Assembly: GCA_001781105.1 (NCBI GenBank)
Contig: MFKV01000006.1
Span: forward strand, 9,032 to 73,031
Direction of reading: 5' to 3'
DNA: 64,000 nt
Source of the DNA: Candidatus Kaiserbacteria bacterium RIFCSPHIGHO2_01_FULL_54_36
GTDB lineage: Bacteria; Patescibacteriota; Minisyncoccia; Phycocordibacterales; UBA2100
In this document: positions 62,289 to 64,000 of the stretch, piece by piece
How the letters are laid out: each line of letters starts with the position of its first letter
Position numbering within the stretch: position 1 is the first letter of the stretch
The notes under the pieces: generated by a model
What the model was told of the DNA's origin: nothing
Seen by the model: only the letters and a program-made list of their open reading frames with translations
Database searches by the model: none
Program-made: the position numbers and the translations under genes

Positions 62289-63515
62289 CTAGAGTTTGGA
62301 ACGCAAATTCCTCAGATTCTCAAGAAGTTCATCGTACAAAATAAAGCTGATGTTTTTTAGCGACACACCGAGCTTTCGAAAATCACCAGATTCTTTCTTG
62401 TTCTTGAATTGACTACTTGTACCGGCAATAATATATCCGCGTGGACGGACAACACGAATATCAACGCCTTTCTTTTTCTTTACCGCGCGTACATAATCAT
62501 CAGCATTTCTGACGATTTCGTCTATATAATTTTCAATTTGAGATATTGCCTTTACTATGTCCGGTTTCCAATAGTAATTATCGTGGCTTTCATCCAGTGC
62601 CATGAGTGGAGTTTCGTGTCGCTTAATCTCAAAAACATCAACAAATCCATATACATCAGCCAACACAAAATCAGGGTAACTGACACTAATGCTCACATTC
62701 TGCTTTTCAATGGTCGTAACATAGTTCGCGAGGAAGCGAAAAACCTTTTCACTTAAAAACTTTTGCCAGTCATTTTCGGAAATTATTTTCTTGGCGAGAT
62801 TTCCCTCAAACTCTTTTATTACCTCATCGAGAAAAATCTTGTCTGTAACTTTTTTTGTCTCTCGAATAAGTGCGCTTCTTTCGACTTTAACTCCTTTTCT
62901 CTTTCCTTTGAGAGATGTTTCAAATATCTTTGGGAAAAAGTTTTTCAATGCCTCCAAATCTTCCTCATTCAGTTTTTGTGCAACCTTTTTTCTACGAAAA
63001 AGAGCGGCAACTTCACCACCTCTATAATCATCAAAATCTTCAGTGGAAATTCTGATCTGTTTAGGAAATTTTGTGCTCAAAAACGAAGCAACTTCGCTCC
63101 GTAAGTCGTTATTACTATCCTCGTTTATTCGTCCCAAGCGTACCAAAAGATTCTTTACATCAATAAGAGGAAGTGTCACGGAAGTTTTTAGCGTATTCTT
63201 TTTGACAGACTTGGTTTTCTTGGTAATCGTAAACTCCAAGAGTTTATTAGACGCAAGATTATCTTTCAGTGCAGATAGTAAAAAAGTACCCTTCTTACCA
63301 AATCCATAGCCATTCCTGTTTAGATACAAACCAGACGGAAGACCTTGGTAGCCATTTAAAATAATTTTGGAAAGAAATTTTGCCTGACCTCCTTGCAGAT
63401 AGTAAATTGTTCTATTTTGTTTGCGATAAACTTCATACACGCAAAAAGTACCTTTTTCTGAATCAAAGTGTTGTTCCGGTTTTTCTTCTACTTTTTTGGT
63501 ACTCTTTTTTGCCAT
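62289..63515 (-). CDS. Shedu/DUF4263-like PD-(D/E)xK nuclease (candidate anti-phage defense protein)
   Basis: Very low GC. C-terminal SYPDFVLADVYGFVDVFEIKRHETPL…AISQIENY fits a D…(D/E)xK…QxxxY restriction-endonuclease-like core, as in DUF4263. The N-terminus is a variable basic region. The family call rests on recalled pattern only. Confidence 0.5.
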   Translation of the reverse strand: MAKKSTKKVEEKPEQHFDSEKGTFCVYEVYRKQNRTIYYLQGGQAKFLSKIILNGYQGLPSGLYLNRNGYGFGKKGTFLLSALKDNLASNKLLEFTITKKTKSVKKNTLKTSVTLPLIDVKNLLVRLGRINEDSNNDLRSEVASFLSTKFPKQIRISTEDFDDYRGGEVAALFRRKKVAQKLNEEDLEALKNFFPKIFETSLKGKRKGVKVERSALIRETKKVTDKIFLDEVIKEFEGNLAKKIISENDWQKFLSEKVFRFLANYVTTIEKQNVSISVSYPDFVLADVYGFVDVFEIKRHETPLMALDESHDNYYWKPDIVKAISQIENYIDEIVRNADDYVRAVKKKKGVDIRVVRPRGYIIAGTSSQFKNKKESGDFRKLGVSLKNISFILYDELLENLRNLRSKL

Positions 63516-63517
63516 AA

Positions 63518-63967
63518 TTAAATCTTGCCAGAATTTACCAATGCAGGGGTAAGAAAATAAACTTGTTGTGTTGGTGATCCGCGCTCCACCTTTATCTCGG
63601 AATAGAATTTATTGCCGTCTGAATTTTCGTATTCAAATCGCACCACGGTCGAAATTGATGGTTGAATCCTTTTTTCGTCGTGAAAATTTATCATCCTTGC
63701 AGTACCCGGACTTTTAACTCTTATGTAGTCTATGGGACCATTGAAATTCCATATCTCCGTAGGCACGTCTCGAAACATTTCTGTAGTTTCTTTAATATTC
63801 TTTGCGGTGTCAGTCCCCACATTCCGAAGAAATAAACCCGCATTGTCTGGTGTTTCTATTACTAATTTTGGAGTTTTGCTTGATAAGTAAGCTTTGTACG
63901 CATAACAAGCGGCGGCAATAGCGGCGATGGCAGAAACGATTCCTATAGTTAAATTTACATAGTCCAT
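63518..63967 (-). CDS. membrane-anchored hypothetical protein, translationally coupled upstream partner of the nuclease
   Basis: 149 aa with N-terminal TM (LTIGIVSAIAAIAAACYAY). Its stop is 2 nt from the nuclease ATG. Same low GC. Confidence 0.45.
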   Translation of the reverse strand: MDYVNLTIGIVSAIAAIAAACYAYKAYLSSKTPKLVIETPDNAGLFLRNVGTDTAKNIKETTEMFRDVPTEIWNFNGPIDYIRVKSPGTARMINFHDEKRIQPSISTVVRFEYENSDGNKFYSEIKVERGSPTQQVYFLTPALVNSGKI

Positions 63968-64000
63968 GTTTTTATTTTCCAGATTTCCGACGATTATCGT

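Overview
This is a high-GC (~58%) bacterial window with a conserved informational-gene backbone. The backbone genes are rpsB(partial)-tsf, pheS-pheT, gyrB, thrS, dnaE, rnhB, rpmF, nusB, rnc, smc, rpsP-KH-trmD, rpoB-rpoC, dnaG-rpoD, valS, tsaD, an ABC exporter, tsaC, and two tRNAs (Thr-UGU, Val-GAC). Many proteins are short versions (PheS 246 aa, PheT 606 aa, ThrRS without TGS domain, ValRS 707 aa, EF-Ts 193 aa). NusB is fused to a Nudix domain. Together this suggests a reduced Patescibacteria/CPR-like genome; that placement is inference only.

Interleaved accessory content:
- A cell-surface island (13.8-21.2 kb): two large repeat-rich proteins with an IPYTG-type sorting signal, a sortase gene, and several small secreted/repeat proteins. 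Three near-consensus sigma70 promoters lie among them.
- Small mobile or repeat elements that overlap gene ends:
  - a GIY-YIG gene bounded by ~25-bp imperfect inverted repeats, plus a 141-bp gene-less miniature copy;
  - a 115-bp structured repeat in two copies that differ by a compensatory substitution;
  - an IS200-like (REP-associated tyrosine transposase, RAYT) gene with three palindromic REP copies;
  - an IS110 transposase followed by a MITE-like unit with 22-bp perfect inverted repeats.
- A homing-endonuclease-like gene in a low-GC patch after tRNA-Thr.
- An array of small minus-strand genes (48.2-50.4 kb) punctuated by five copies of a conserved hairpin+motif module.
- The best candidate for a new system: at the window's 3' edge, a very low-GC (~35%) two-gene module encoding a membrane protein plus a Shedu/DUF4263-like PD-(D/E)xK nuclease, a candidate anti-phage defense locus, next to IS110 and the MITE.

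No rRNA or CRISPR array was found. An ncRNA is suspected but not identified in the 460-nt dnaE-rnhB gap.
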